NCBI GenBank assembly: GCA_048013815.1
Contig: CM106585.1
Span: 14,446,001 to 14,510,000 of the forward strand
DNA: 64,000 bases
DNA from: Setoptus koraiensis
Lineage: Eukaryota; Animalia; Arthropoda
Direction of reading: 5' to 3'
Shown piece after piece: positions 37,785 through 51,278 of this stretch. How positions within the stretch are numbered: the stretch's first letter is position 1; each line of letters begins with the position of its first letter. Both the position numbers and the translations under genes were made by a program. The notes under the pieces are model-generated. The model did no database searches and was not told the DNA's origin. It was given only the letters and a program-made list of their open reading frames with translations.

Positions 37785-38930
37785 TCAGAGATCTTTGGGC
37801 CAGGCCCCGGGTGCATGATTTGCAAGTCGCCTCATTCGCCGAGTATTACGATCCTGATCGCGTATTTTCTTTTCCATTTCAGCATCAGTGAGTGTCTCGA
37901 GAGAGGGAGCGAACTGGTCAGTATCGTTGTTGTTTCTGAATGGGAAATCTAAGGCCGGTAAGTGAGCCTCGCTAAATGCATAAGTTTTTTGATGCCAAGA
38001 AATCTGACCTCGAATGGAGTAGGCTATGGCGGTGACAAATTCTCCACCCAATCCTAGTTCAGAGCATAGTTTCAGTGCAAACTCCTCGGGCGTGTTGTGT
38101 TTCTCGCTGAGATCCCATTCAAATTGATCAACGAGAGATATGTTGCCTACGTGAACATTTAATTTTATTAACACTCTCTGATCGGTCTGTTGATCTAGAA
38201 TGGTCTCTGTGGGGAACGCTTCGATTTGTTGTCTAATCGACTGAGCAATCGCTGGTTGAAATGCTTGCGGAGGCAAGTCCAAATCGTCACACAATATCTC
38301 AGCAAACTGTTCTGGGGTAATTGAAATTTCATTCTTGTTCCAAACGAACGTGTCTCTAAGTTTATGTCCTTCGACTTCCATATCTAATCTGATGGGTACA
38401 AGAACTTCTTTAACATTAGATATTTGATGTAGGGTAGCCGGATCTAGGTCGTCGTATACTAATGGATATGAGCGAATTCTTTTTTGTGTTAGTCTGGTGG
38501 ACGCTCTTGCAATTGCGGTGGAACATGGTACTGCATCTAAGTGGTGAGATGATGTAGATAAAACTGGAGTTGATAGTTGCCAATTGATTCGTTTGTTTGA
38601 TTTGGGCTCGCGTTCCGTTCTAGAAATTGTCGGCTCGGATGTAATGGACATTGCCTTGTAGCGTTCATCTTTGCCCTGGAAGATTTCATCGACTTCACTG
38701 GCTTTTAATAGAGTGACATTAGTTACAATTGTATGTGCCGCATAACCCTGTTGTGTGATTTTCTTTCGTTCGTCCACCGACACCATACGTCTCCAGAGTG
38801 AGGGATACTTTTTATAAAGGGAGCCCCTGAACATACGCAAATAGTTGCCTACATGTGATCCAATGTAGTACTTCTCGCCTCCCTCCTCCAATTGGAATGG
38901 CGACGGTCTATCTCCGAATGTTCTCATCAT
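37785..38930 (-). CDS. SMARCB1: SWI/SNF subunit SNF5/SMARCB1 (Snr1), 381 aa, intronless
   Basis: [23 protein letters not shown]-terminus, RPT1 [25 protein letters not shown]2 DQFEWDL, C-terminal [20 protein letters not shown]. Confidence 0.98.
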   Translation of the reverse strand: MMRTFGDRPSPFQLEEGGEKYYIGSHVGNYLRMFRGSLYKKYPSLWRRMVSVDERKKITQQGYAAHTIVTNVTLLKASEVDEIFQGKDERYKAMSITSEPTISRTEREPKSNKRINWQLSTPVLSTSSHHLDAVPCSTAIARASTRLTQKRIRSYPLVYDDLDPATLHQISNVKEVLVPIRLDMEVEGHKLRDTFVWNKNEISITPEQFAEILCDDLDLPPQAFQPAIAQSIRQQIEAFPTETILDQQTDQRVLIKLNVHVGNISLVDQFEWDLSEKHNTPEEFALKLCSELGLGGEFVTAIAYSIRGQISWHQKTYAFSEAHLPALDFPFRNNNDTDQFAPSLETLTDAEMEKKIRDQDRNTRRMRRLANHAPGAWPKDL

Positions 38931-40108
38931 CTTTAACCGGTTGTTTTTATTGATTATTATAAATTGTAACTACTTTGTGTATATCTATATCTGTGTGACA
39001 ACTCAAATGTGTTATTATTAGCGACTCGTTTCTAAATGAGCTAAATTGATTTAAATTCTATTGGATTACATGGCTGACGAAATGTATAATTGATATGTGA
39101 TTTTATTGAATTGTAAGCATCATTGTGGTGATGATGAAATTTCACCAACAGCAGCATCTGTAAAAAACGTTGTCAATGTTGTTACTTCAAATGAATTTTA
39201 TCTGCCTGCTGATCGCGGTTGAATTCTGTGCAACTGTGCGCTTGCACAGTTTCTATAAATGGACGTCGAACACAGAATGGTGCGTCACAAATTGAATATG
39301 ACATGGGTATTTGCCATCGTTGCAGAAAGTTTTTATTCAATTTGTGTCGTATTCAACCTTTACCTAATAACATCTAAATCCTTACCGATGCGAAGACACT
39401 TGCATCGGAGTCTTCGACAACTCGTATTTTTAATTTTGACTATACAGACGAGAATAATGTAGCCAGTGTTTGGAGCTAGTTTAGCCAACAAATTTGTTAG
39501 TGTGGGATTCCATTGAGAGTTCCATTGAATTACCGTGGAGCAATGGTCCAGCCTATTAGTTGGTGAACAATTGATAAAAAAAATTTTTAATGACGATACG
39601 AGTTCCGACAAAGTTGCTCAGCATGCGTGCTGTTGATTGTCGCGCTCTCAGGCGCGGCGATCAGAGATCAGAGATCAGTAGATAAGATTGGATAGGTTAG
39701 CAAAGGCGATTCTATCGATCTTTTCTTACATTCTAAGACCACATACGTCCGGTTTTGAAAGTACGTACTTGTGTGTAGCACATTTTGTCATGCAACATCA
39801 TCTAGTTAGAAATCGATATGCGTGCGCGTTCTCATTAGGTTTCTCTATTTATCAGAAGACTAGCAGTAATTTCAAGGCCACAACTGCGACTGCAAAAAGT
39901 AAAATTAATCACCTTGATAAATTCTCGGTTACTGTAACTCGTACAACATACAAGTGTTGGTGTACTATTACTAATACTTACTAACTAATACTATTCATCG
40001 GCCAGTGAAGCGCATCACTGGATTCGAGTCAGCGGTGTTTGCGATAGCTGATCAGCAACAGAAAGATGTTAGTAGTGATTCTAGAGCGGTATAAATGAAA
40101 ACAACAAG

Positions 40109-42636
40109 ATGGACTCTATCAAGGTGAATATGTTCAAAATTTCACTTTTTATTTGGTCGACAATCATTTTATCAAGTTATTTCTATCCATATAATTGGCA
40201 CGAAGAAGGCGATGAAGAGGAAAAAATTGAAGCCAAAAACAAAGATTACGATGATAAAGACATAACCGCAGTAAAAAAGTCGCCCAGTTGCTGGTCGCTG
40301 TCTAGACTGACACGTAATGGAGCCAGAATCGGAGCAGCAGTGGCAAGTGTTAATATTGACGCAATTAGTGTAGGTAGATCAGATGAAACAATTGAGCACA
40401 AGAAGCCAACACAAGAGGCCCCTGAGAGGACAAGTTGCGAGGAAACGTCAATTCTAGCTAAGTGTCAGCGCAGAGTTGAGCTGCTTTTGAAATCACGTCA
40501 CCAGAGTGGTCTATATTTAATATATTTAGCATTTGATTATTTTGTAGCTTTCAATGTGATAATACGTTTTTTCATATTCGCCTTCTTAGATGAAGCGACA
40601 CTGTCATGGATTACACAGAACGATATAGTGGGCGATCCACTGAAACTCCACGGCCATTCGCCAACTTTCTCAAAGGTGGCGCTGATGCTGGTCCTCAGTA
40701 CATATATCATGCGTTCGGTACGCTTAGTGAACATGCTAAACTTTAGTGTGAATCCTCAGTATGATTACGACGACGAACCCTCGGAGGGACTGGTCTACTT
40801 GTCGAGCCTCATTCTGACTCCAAGAGCGTGGCTATTTGTGCTGGGTCTAGTGAGCCGAGTTGCATCTCGCGATGGTGCAACGAAAAGGGCATCGGTCCAG
40901 CAGAAAGAGGCGACATCGCGACAAGACGAACGAAACGAAAATAACAAAAGTAAAAATAACAATAGTGACAACAGGCCGAAACATTGGAAATTATCATTTC
41001 AATCGTTGGAAATGACCACAACTGATGGTGCGTCAAGCAAGCCAAATGATGATACACAACTGAGGGAATTTTCCGCTCACTACCAGCAGCATTTGGCCGA
41101 GCATGCAAATGAGGTCCGGCGGGCCTGTTTCGATTCGTCAAATTTGCAAGAGAACGACATAGGTAACAGCGAATTAGACAACTATGTTTGTCATCGACAC
41201 AACCGCAGCGAATTGTCTTCGAGTAGCTACCATGGTGTTTTGTTCGACTATGAACAAGATTTCAGCGAAATCAATTATCAAATCAAGTTCCCCAAAAGCC
41301 TCTATCTTCATGGCAACTCGCCGCATAGATTAGACTTGGTCACGTTGCGAGCTATGGCCTATTTGTACATTTTTGCAATATTTGTAATCGTTGTGTCATT
41401 TATCTATATAGCGATTATTAGTGTGCATGTGGAGTGGCAATATTGCGACTATTCGCTGGCAAGATTTTTAAGCAAGCGCTCAGTGCCCTGCTTGTTTGTT
41501 TTAGTAACATTAATATCGGTTCTGTTTCAACATTTCGACATGTTTTATTTTTCGTTTGCATGTTTAATTCACTTTGCCAAGGCCAGATACACCGCGAGAC
41601 ATGTAAAAAAGACAATAGCTTTGTGTAAGTTGTACCACATGCGACTGTCCAACAACATTACCGGAAATCATGTTGTAATAGACAGATCAAGCGGCAAAGA
41701 CAGAAGATCAGAATTTTCATCAGCGCCATTGAGTTCATCGGACACTCAGGAAAGACTCTATTACATGTCGATAGAGCTGATAGTGAACATTGACAAGCTA
41801 GTTCACATGATAATAAAACTGCGCAAGGATCTAGATCAAATGAAACTGCGATTTTTCACTTATTTGCATTTCGAGCTGTTGACAAAATCAGTTTGTACCA
41901 CGCTGTCGCTGGCCGCATTTGCCAGGTCAAAGCCATCGGATTATCCCGGCTTCGAAGTGATCACTATGTCCGCGATAGGCTACACGATGCCCATAGTTGT
42001 GCTCATGCTGTTCGCGGCACTAATCGAGCAGCAGGTGAGTATATCGGCGAACGGGTTATCGTTGATTAAATTTGATACGAAATTTTCGCAAATCTCATCA
42101 ATCTCATCGCATCGATTATCGGTCACATTCCATTGATGAACTTGCACTCTCTGAACTGTTTGTTGAAATAAGTTCAAAAAAATCTATCACAGCCTGCAGA
42201 TACTGATGGCGTTCAATTCGATGATGAGCAGCCGCGATGTGAGGCGCCTAATGAGCATCTCAACTGATTTGGGCGACACGGACAACATTGCCTTCATTGT
42301 GGCGAGCAAGTTTTCGCTGACCATGGGCTCGGTTCCGCCGGTAAGTGCCAGCGAACAGTCCGCATAATAGCAGGCGAATAATCCGCATTCAATCCATGCT
42401 GATCAATGCCAATCAATGCCGGAAGCTATCCCTCAATATGCCAAGTTTTTAATTAACCGCTTCATTTAATAATTAACCGGTTCATTTAATAATTAACCGG
42501 TTCATTTAGTAATTAACAGGTTCATTGACTAATTAAGCGAAAATAAACTAATCGGTCTTGTTTGTTGCTCTGTCTGTCACAGATTCTCGCCTGGATCGCA
42601 ACGGGAGTGGTCCTATTATTGCAGTTCGTGCTCTGA
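40109..42636 (+). CDS. Gustatory-receptor-like 7TM protein, paralog F (715 aa)
   Basis: Exons 40109-42034, 42173-42340 (168 nt, AAG acceptor), 42583-42636 (54 nt); ends ILAWIATGVVLLLQFVL*. Shares the MDS start, LTPRAWLF and LFDYEQDFSEINYQI with A-E. Confidence 0.78.
42450..42540. repeat. 20-bp tandem repeat (AATTAACCGGTTCATTTAAT) x4-5 in intron 2 of paralog F
   Basis: Read directly; two units contain the palindrome AACCGGTT. Confidence 0.85.
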
Positions 42637-43507
42637 TCGTCAGCCGACATCACCGAGCGCCGCTTGTTGTTGGATGGGCGCAACGAGACAACGATCGATT
42701 GAATGAATCGTGAATGAATCAAATATGTGCGACCAAATTGCACGTGGGCGCCCGAATATCGCCATTGACATCGTATATAGGGTACGCAGAGCGAATATAG
42801 AGCGCGCAGAGGGGCGACGGATAAACGACAGGAGGGGCCTCGTTTGATTGGGCCGTGGCAAAAGCGGCCGGCAATGAGGATAATGCGTTGCGACGATGAT
42901 AATAAGCATGGCAATAATAATGACATCTAAATCCATCATTGCGATCGTGATAGACAACAGCACACTGTCAACATGTATGTCTCGTTATGAATGGAACGAC
43001 AACACGAACAAGCGGCGGCGGCGACAATTTCAACAGTTTCCTTCGTGACACAAGGAGCCTATCGTTCGCGAGCGCAACAACAGCGACAACAACAAATCAT
43101 ATATGTATGTAATATTGTTTTTATTTCGGAAATGCTGCCGTCGTGCAGCAGCACTGATGACAGCCGATAAACACTTGCTGCCCAGTTGACAGCGGCATTT
43201 CCATGTAACTAATATCACGTTACGCGGGGGTGTAATTACGACACACTGGCAGTTGTTGTTGTCGCATTGGCAGCAGCAGCAGCAGCAAACATTCGCGCAA
43301 ACAACTGCTGACCAGTCGGCTGTCGCTGGCGACGAAGAAAAGCGAAATCTGGAGCAACGCCACCGGAGCATGACTAAACATGGCAACATGACAAGTGACC
43401 GCCGGCACGTACCAAACTGACACCCAACTGGCACGTTCGCCAGCGCGCGCAACTGGCTAACTGGTGCTCTTAATTAGTTGTGATGCGTTTCGACGGATGC
43501 TGTCGGG

Positions 43508-43874
43508 TTTTTTTTATTTTTTATTTTTTTATTTTTTTTATTTTTTATTTTTTTTTATTTTTTATTTTTTTATTGTTTATTTTTTATTTATTTTTTTTAT
43601 TTTTTTATTTTTTATTTTTATTTATTTATATTTTATTTTTTTATTTTATTTTATATTATTTATATATTATATTATTATTATTTTTTATTTTATATTTATA
43701 TTTATTATTTTTATTTTATTATATTTTTTATATATCTTTTATATTTTTATTTTATTATATTATATTTATTTTTTTATATTTTATTTTTTTATTTTTTATT
43801 TTTAGTATATTTTTTATTTTATTATATTTTATTTTATTTATTTTTTTATTATTTATATTTTATATATATATATT

Positions 43875-43905
<31 letters not shown>

Positions 43906-45838
43906 ATATTTTAGTTTTATTTTTTTTATTATTTATTTTTTATATTTTTTTATATATTTATATTTATTTTTTTATTTTTATTATATTTTTTTTATATTTT
44001 ATTTTATTATATTATTTGTTTTTATTTTTTATTTATTTTATATTTTATATATTTATTTATTTTATATTTTTTATTTTTTATATATATATTTTTTATTATT
44101 TTTATTATTTATTTTTTTATTTTTTATTTATTTATATTTATTTATTTTTTATTATTTATTTTATTTATATATTTTTTATTTTTTATATTATTTTTTAATT
44201 TATTTTATTTATATTTTTTTATTTTATTTTTATTATTATTTTATATTTATTTTTATTTATTTATTATATTTTATTTTTATATATTATTTTTATTTATTTT
44301 TTATTTTATTTTATTTTATTTTATTTTATTTTTTATTTTTTTTATATTTTATATTATATTTTATATTATTTATATTTTTAATATATTATTTATTTTTATA
44401 TTTTTTTTATTTTATTTATTTTTATTTATTTTATTTTTAATTATTTTTTATTTATTATTTATTTATATATTTATTATTATATATATTTTTTATATTTTTA
44501 TATTTTTTTTATTTTATTTTATTTTATTTTACTTATTTTCTTTTTATTTATTTATTTTTATTTTATTATATTATATATATTTTTATATTATTTTTTATTT
44601 TATTATATTTTTATATATATATTTTTTTTATTTTTATTATTATATTTTATTATTATATTTTTGATTTGTTTTTATATTATTTAATGAGTATTTATTATTT
44701 TTTATGTTTTTTATTAATATTATTTTTTATAAATTTATTATTTTTTAATATTTTTATTATGTTAGTTTTTTATTTATTTATTATTAATATTTTATTTTTT
44801 ATATATATTTATATTTATATTATTATTTTATAATATATTTTATATTTTATATTTATATTTTTTATTTTATTATTTTTATTTTAATATTATATTTAATTAT
44901 TTATTATTTTATTATAGATTTTTATTTTCTAATTTTATTATATATATTTAGTTTTTATTATTTTTTATTTTTTATTATATTTTTATTCTTTATTTAAATG
45001 AATGTATTATATTTATATTATCTTTTATATATTTATTTATTTTATTTTATTTTTAATTATTATTTTGTTATATTATTTTATTTTTATATTTATTTTATTA
45101 TTTTTTATTTTTATATTTTTATTTTTTTTATATTATTTTTTTATTTATTTTTATTTTTTTTTTATTTTTTTTTAATTTTTTTATTTTTTTTTTTATTTTT
45201 TTTATATTTTTTTTTTTTATTTATTAATTATTTTTTTATATTATTTTTTATTTATTTTTTTTTTATATTTATAATTTTTATTTTATTTATTTTATTTTTA
45301 TTTTTTTTTTTTTAATTATTTTTATATTTTTTTTTTATTTATTTTTTTTTTATTTATTTTTTATTATTTATTTTTTTTTTTTTTTTTTAATTTTATTTTT
45401 TTATTATTTTTATTATTTTTATAATTTTTATTATTTTTTTTTTTATTATTTTTTTTTAATTTTTTTTTATTTTTTTATAATTTTTTTTTTTTTTATTATT
45501 TATTTTTTTTTTTATTATTTTTATTTATTTTTATTTTTTTTTTTTTTATTTATTTTATTATTTTTATTTTTATTTTTATTTTATTTATTTATTTATTTAT
45601 TTTTTTATTTTTTATACAAGTTTTTTTTTTTTTTTTTGTTTTATTTTCGGTTGTAATTTTTTTTTTATTTTTATTTTTTTTTTATTTTTATTTTTTTTTT
45701 TTTATTTATTTATTTTTTTTTTTTTATATTTTTATTATTTTTATTATTTAATATATTATTTTTTTTTTTTTTATTTTTTTAATTATTTTTTTTTTTTATA
45801 TTTAATTTTTATTATAATTTTATTTAATTTATTTTATT

Positions 45839-45869
<31 letters not shown>

Positions 45870-48800
45870 ATTTATTTTTATTTTTTTTTTATTTTTTTAT
45901 TTTAATTTTTTTAATTATATTATTTTTTTTTATTATATTATTTTTTTATTTATTTAATTTTATATTTTTATTATTTATATTTTTTTTTTTTTTTTTAATA
46001 ATTTTTTTTTTATTTTTTTTTTATTTATTTATTTTTTTTTTTTATTTTTATTTTTATTTATTTAATTTTTTTTTTATTTATTTTTTTTATTTATTATTAT
46101 TATTTTTAATTTATATTTATGTATTTTTTTTTTTATTTATTATTTTTTTTATTTTTTTATTATTTTTTTAAATTTTTATTTATTTTTTATTTTTTTATAT
46201 TTATTATTTTTATATATTATATTTTTTATTTTAATTTATTATTTTTTTTTTTTTTATTTTTTATTATTTTTTTTTATTTTTTTTTATATTTTTTATTTTT
46301 ATAATTTTTTTATTTTATTTTTTTTTTTATATTTTTTTTATTTTTTTTATTATTTTTATTTTTTTTTTTTATATTTTATTTTTTTAAATTTTTTTTTATT
46401 TATATAATATATATTATTATTTTTTATTTTATTTTTTTTTTTTTTTTTTATTTTATTTTATTTTTTATTAATATTATTTTTTTTTTTTTATTTTTATTTT
46501 TTTATTATTATTTTTTATTTTTTTATTTTTTTTTTTATTTTTTATATATATTTTTTTTATTATTTTTTTTTTTATTTATTATTATATTAATATTTTTTTA
46601 ATTTTAATTTTTTATATAATATTTTTTTTATATTTTATTTTTATTTATTTTTATTTAATTTATGTATTATATTTTTTTTTTTTTATTTTTTTTTATTAAT
46701 TTTTATTTTTTTATTATATATTTTTTTATTTATTTTATTTTTTTTTTTTAATTTTTATATTTTTTTTTTTTTTATTTTTTTTTTTATTTTTTTTTTATTT
46801 AATTTATTTATTTTTTTATTTTTAAATTTTTTTATTATATTATTATATATTTTTATATTTTTTTTTTTTTTACTTTTTATTTTATATTTTATTTTATTTT
46901 TTTAATTTATTCATTTTTTTATTTTTATTTAATTTTTTTATTTTTTATATTTTATTTTTTTTATTTTTTTTATTTTTTATATTATTTTATTTTATTTTTA
47001 ATATTATATTTATTTTTTTTATTTTATGTTATTTTATTAATTTTTTTTAATTTTTTATTTTTTTATTTTTTTTTTAATTATTTTTTATTTTTTAATTATT
47101 ATTTTTTTTTTATTATTTTAATATTATTTTTTATTATTTTTATATTATTTTATTTTATTTATAATTTATTTTTTTTTTATTTTTTTTTTTTTATTTTTTT
47201 TATTTTTTTATTTTTATTTTTTTTTTCTATTTTTTATTTTTATATTTTTTATAATATATTATTATTATTTTTTTTTTTTTTTTTTTTTTATTTATAATTT
47301 TTTTTTATTTATTATATATTTATATATTTTTTTTATTTTTTATTTTTATTTATTTTTTATTTTAAATTATTTTTTTTTTTATTTTTATATTTTTTATAAT
47401 TTATTTATATTTTTATATTATTTATTTTTTTTTTTATTTTTTTTTTATTATTTTAATTTTTTATTATTATATATTATTTTTATATTTTTATATTTTTTAT
47501 TTTATATTTTTATTTATTTTTTATTATTATTATTTTTATTATTTATTTTTTTTTATTTATTATTTATTATTTTTATTTATTATTTATTTTATTTTAAATT
47601 TTTATTTTTTTAATTATTTTTTTTTATATTATTATTTTTATATTATTTTTTTATATTTTTATTATTTTTATTTTTTAATTTATTTTATTATATATTATGT
47701 TTTTTTTTTTTTTTAATTTTTTATTTTTATTTTTTTATTTTTTTTTTTTATTTTTTTTAATTTTATTTTATTTTATTTTTTATTTATTTTATTTTTTATT
47801 ATATTAATTTTTTTTATTTTTTTTATATTTATTTTTTTTTTTTTTTTTTTTTTTTATTTATTTATTTTTTATTATTATTTTAATTTTTATATTTTTTTTA
47901 TTATTTTTTTTATTTTTTTATATTTAATTATTTATTTATTTTTTTTATTATATTTTTTTTTATTTTATTTTTTTTATTTTTTTTTTTTTATTTTATTTAA
48001 TATTTATTTTATTATTTATTATTTTTAATTATTATTTTTTTTATTTTATTTTTTTTTTAATTTTTTTTTATTTTATTTATTATTTTTTTTTTTTATTTAT
48101 TATTTTTTTTTTTTTATTTATTTTTTTTATTTTTTTTTTTTTATTTATTTTATTTTTATTTTTTAAATTTATTTTTATTATTATTAAATTTTTTTTTTAA
48201 AATTTTTTTTATTTTTTTTTTTTTTTTTATTTTTTAATTATTTTTTATTTTTTTTATTTTAATATTATTATATATAATATTTTTTTTTATTTAATTATAT
48301 TTTTTTTTTTTATTTTTTTTATATTTATTATAATTATTATTATTTTATTTTTATTTTTTTTATTTTTTTTTTTTATTTCTTTATTTATATTATATTATTT
48401 TTTTTTATATTTTTATTATTTTTTTATTATTTTATATATTTATATTATTTTTTATTTTTTTATTATTATTATTATTATTTATTTTATTTTATTATTTTTT
48501 TATTATATTTTTATTTTATTATATTATTTTATATTTTATTTTTATTTTTATTTATATATTATATTATATATATTTATTTTTTTTTTTTTTTTTTTTTTTA
48601 TTTTTATTTTAAATTATTTTTAATATATATTTATTTTTTTTTTTTTTTATATATTAATAATTTTATTTTTATATTTTTTTTTATTTTTATTTTTTTTTTT
48701 TATTTTTTTTTATTTTATATTTTTTTTTTTTATATATTTTTTTTTTATATTTATTTATTTTTTATTTTTTTTTTTATTATTATTTATTTTATTTTATTTT

Positions 48801-48943
48801 TTTATATTTTATTTTTTTTTTTTTTTTTTAATTATTTTTTATTTATTTTTATTTTTTATTTTATTTTATTATTTTTTTATTTTTTTTTTTTTTTATTTTT
48901 ATTATTATTAATTTTTTATTATTTTTTATAATTTATTTTTTTT

Positions 48944-48977
<34 letters not shown>

Positions 48978-51278
48978 TTTTTTTTTTATTTTTATTTTTT
49001 TTTTTTTTTTTTAATTTTTAATTTATATTTTTAATTTTTTTTTATTTTTTTATTTTTTTTTTTATTTATTTTTTTATATATTTTATATTTATTTTATTTA
49101 TTTTTATTTTTTTATTTTTTATTTTATTTTTTTTTTTTTTTAAATTATTTTTTTTTTTTTTTTTTTTTTTTTTATTTTTTTTTTTATTATAATTAAATCT
49201 TTTTTATTTTTTTTTTTTTTTTTTTTTTATTTTTTTTTATTTTTTTTATTATTTTTTTTTTTTTTTTTTTTTTCTATTTATTTTTTTATTTTTTTTTTTT
49301 ATTTTATTATTTTATTTTTTTTATTTATATTATATTATATTTTTTTATTTATTTTATTATTTTTTTTTTTTAAATTATTATTTTTTTTTTTTTTTATTAT
49401 TTTTTTTTATTTTTTTATTTTTTTTATTTTATTATTTTTTTTTATTTTTTTTTTTTTTATTTTTTTTTTATTTTTATTTTTTTATAATTTTATTATTTTA
49501 ATTCTATTTATAATTATTATTTATTTTATTATTTATATTGGTTATATTTTATTTATTATATTATTTATATCTTTTTATTATATTATTATTTATATTTATC
49601 ATTTATATTTATTATGTTTGTTTTATATTATAATTATTTTTATATTTATTATATTTTTTATATTTTTTTTATCTTTTAATTTTTATTTTATATTTTTATA
49701 TAGAATATTCACAGAAATTGAAAAAAGAAACTTTATGTATATTATTTATTTTATATATTTTTAGATCTTGGCAGTATTATATCAGTTTGTTTTTATATGT
49801 AAATATATATTTTATTTATTTTTTGTATTAATTATTTTTTGATTATTTATTATTATTTTATTTTATTATTTTTATTTATTCTATAGTCTTATTTTTATTT
49901 ATTTATTTATTATTTTTTATTTTTTTATATTATTTGTATGATATTACTTTATTTATTTATACTATATTGTTTTTATATTCTTGGTTTATTTATTTTATAT
50001 TTATTTATTTTATATTATTTTATTATTTTTTATTTTAATTTTATTTTTTTATTTTTATTATATATATTTTTATTTTTTTTTTTTTTATTTTTTATTTTAT
50101 TATTAATTATATTTTTTATATTTTATATATATTTTTTATTTTATTTTTATTATTTTATATTTTATATTATATTATATTTTATATTTTTATATTTTTTTAA
50201 TTTTTATTATTTATATTTATTTATATATTTTAATTTTTTATTTTTATATTTATTTTTTTTTTTATATTTTTATTTTATTATTTTTTTTTATTTTAATTTT
50301 ATTATTATTTATAATATATATATATTTTTTTTATTTATATATATTATTTTTTATATTTTTTTTATTTTTATTTATATTTTTATTTTTTTGTTATTTTTTT
50401 TAATTTTTATTTTTTATTTTTTATTTATTATATTATATTATTTTTATATTTATTTTTTTTATATTTTATACATTATATATTTTTTATTTTTATTTATATT
50501 TTTTTTTATTTTTATATTTATTTATATAAATATTATTTTATTATTTTTTATATTTATTTATTTTTTTTATATATATTTATATATTATTAATAAATTATAT
50601 ATATATTTTTAATTTTTATTATATTTATTTTATTTATTATTTTTATTATTTTTTTATTTATTTTATTTAATTTATTTTTATATATTTTATTATTTTTTAT
50701 ATTTTTTATTTTTATATATTTTATTTTTTATTATTTTATTTATATTTATTTTTTATTTTTTATTTTATTTATATATATTTTATTTATTTTTTATTATTTA
50801 TTTATTATTATTATTAAATTTTTTTTATTTTTGTTTTTTCTTTTTTATTTTTATTTTTTATTTTTTTTATTATTTATTTATTATTATTATTTTATATTTA
50901 TTTTATATTATTTTTATTGTATTATTATTTTTTTATTTATTTATTATATATTTATATATATATTTTTATTTTTTTTTTATATTTTATTTTTATTTTTTTT
51001 ATATTATTATATATATTTTTTTATTTTATTTATTTTTATTATATTTTTTATTTATTATTTTATATTTTATTTTTTTTATTTTTTTATTTATTTATATTTT
51101 ATTTATTTATGTTTAGTTTTATTTATATTTATTATATCTTTTTATTTATATGTTTTATTTTATTATATATTTTTATATTTTTATATATATATTGTTATAT
51201 TTATTTTTATTTTATATTTTTATTATATTTATTTTATATATTTTTATATTATTATATATTTTTTATTTATATATTATT
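43508..51278. repeat. 7.8-kb T-rich, almost G/C-free low-complexity tract (possible assembly artefact)
   Basis: Nearly only T and A with T far exceeding A on the + strand; no stable period; sharp borders. Confidence 0.9.
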
